DNA from: Eledone cirrhosa
Taxonomy: Eukaryota
Direction of reading: 5' to 3'
Length of the DNA: 64,000 nucleotides
Assembly: GCA_964016885.1 (NCBI GenBank)
Contig: OZ024744.1
Location: 136,090,001-136,154,000 of the forward strand
Shown here: piece after piece, positions 62,651 through 64,000 of the stretch
Position numbering within the stretch: the stretch's first letter is position 1
Layout: every line of letters begins with the position of its first letter
Notes under the pieces: generated by a model
Database searches by the model: none
What the model saw: the letters and a program-made list of their open reading frames with translations, nothing else
Told to the model about the DNA's origin: nothing
Position numbers and translations under genes: made by a program

Positions 62651-64000
62651 AAATAACATGAATCCAGAGGAGAGAGAAGCTTATCTACAGAATAGAAGTG
62701 GAGATCATGGTAGAAGAAATAACATGAATCCAGAGGAGAGAGAAGTTTATCTACAGAATAAAAGAAGTGGAGATCATGGTAGAAGAAATAACATGAATCC
62801 AGCGGAGAGAGAAGCTTATCTACAGAATAGAAGTGGAGATCATGGTAGAAGAAATAACATGAATCCAGAGGAGAGAGAAGTATTTCTACAGAATAGAAGA
62901 AGTGGAGATCATGGTAGAAGAAATAACATGAATCCAGAGGAGAGAGAGGCTTATCTACAGAATAGAAGTGGAAATCATGATAGAAGAAATAACATGAATC
63001 CAGAGGAGAGAGAAGCTTATCTACAGAATAGAAGTGGAGATCATGATAGAAGAAATAACATGAATCCAGAGGAGAGAGAAGCTTATCTACAGAATAGAAG
63101 TGGAGATCATGATAGAAGAAATAACATGAATCCAGAGGAGAGAGAAGCTTATCTACAGAATAGAAGTGGAGATCATGATAGAAGAAATAACATGAATCCA
63201 GAGGAGAGAGAAGTATTTCTACAGAATAGAAGAAGTGGAGATCATGGTAGGAGAAATAACATGAATCCAGAGGAGAGAGAAGCTTATCTACAGAATAGAA
63301 GAAGTGGAGATCATGATAGAAGAAATAACATGAATCCAGAGGAGAGAGAAGCTTCTCTACAGAATAGAAGTGGAGATCATGGTAGAAGAAATAACATGAA
63401 TCCAGAGGAGAGAGAAGTTTATCTACAGAATAGAAGAAGTGGAGATCATGATAGAAGAAATAACATGAATCCAGAGGAGAGAGAAGTTTATCTACAGAAT
63501 AGAAGAAGTGGAGATCATGGTAGAAGAAATAACAGGAATCCAGAGGAGAGAGAAGTTTATCTACAGAATAGAAGAAGTGGAGATCATGATAGAAGAAATA
63601 ACATGAATCCAGAGGAGAGAGAAGTTTATCTACAGAAAAGAAGTGGAGATCATGACAGAAGAAATAACAGGAATCCAGAGGAGAGAGAAGTTTATCTACA
63701 GAATAGAAGTGGAGATCATGGTAGAAGAAATAACATGAATCCAGAGGAGAGAGAAGTTTATCTACAGAATAGAAGTGGAGATCATGATAGAAGAAATAAC
63801 ATGAATCCAGAGGAGAGAGTAGCTTATCTACAGAATAGAAGAAGTGGAGATCATGATAGAAGAAATAACATGAATCCAGAGGAGAGAGAAGCTTCTCTAC
63901 AGAATAAAAGTGGAGATCATGGTAGAAGAAATAACATGAATCCAGAGGAGAGAGAAGCTTATCTACAGAATAGAAGTGGAGATCATGGTAGAAGAAATAA
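62316..64000 (+). other. Open repeat frame running off the window end (not in the ORF track)
   Basis: ATG at 62316 follows the TAA at 62268-62270. No stop or frameshift was seen up to 64000. Confidence 0.5.

Larger units (their letters stand above)
1..64000 (+). repeat. Tandem satellite array of 66/69-bp monomers, about 950 copies, head-to-tail, extending beyond both window edges
   Basis: Seen directly. Every position belongs to the monomer ATGAATCCAGAGGAGAGAGAAG(T/C)TTATCTACAGAAT(AGA/AAA/-)AGAAGTGGAGATCATG(G/A)TAGAAGAAATAAC, e.g. monomer starts at 1277, 1346, 1412, 1481, 1547, 1613. Copy number is estimated as 64000/~67. Confidence 0.99.

Noticed and set aside
1-64000. CRISPR array
   Set aside because: The 66-69 bp period is CRISPR-like, but there are no unique spacers; the whole unit is repeated, and no cas genes or leader are present.
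1-64000. TALE/PPR-like programmable repeat code at the variable residues (V/A, Y/S, R/K, D/G)
   Set aside because: The variants are single-base changes whose order is explained by block duplication. There are no flanking effector domains and the frame is repeatedly broken.

Overview
The whole 64 kb window is one head-to-tail tandem repeat (satellite-type array) of roughly 950 near-identical monomers, all in the same orientation and running off both ends. No unique DNA, genes, RNA genes, transposon insertions or CRISPR spacers are visible. The monomer is 66 bp (ATGAATCCAGAGGAGAGAGAAG[T/C]TTATCTACAGAATAGAAGTGGAGATCATG[G/A]TAGAAGAAATAAC) or 69 bp (extra AGA/AAA), about 36% GC and about 71% purine on the + strand. 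Because the lengths are multiples of 3, one + frame reads as a 22/23-aa repeat (MNPEEREVYLQN[R/K]RSGDHDRRNN). That frame is broken by 23 frameshifts (two recurrent alleles) and 10 stop codons (four alleles), so the listed ORFs are probably not functional genes. Rare marker variants show nested duplications with periods of 1755, 2402/2537, 3245, 4254, 4939, 5029, 10736/12491 and about 15500 bp. Two leads stand out. (1) The 23-aa unit has the spacing of an STPR-type DNA-binding repeat, suggesting a satellite amplified from a coding repeat, possibly from a Helitron. (2) A Met-less antisense frame missed by the ORF track is also open, and the commonest polymorphisms are silent in it. Both are hypotheses. 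The organism cannot be identified from this window; a eukaryotic long-read assembly is likely. All counts were made by eye.
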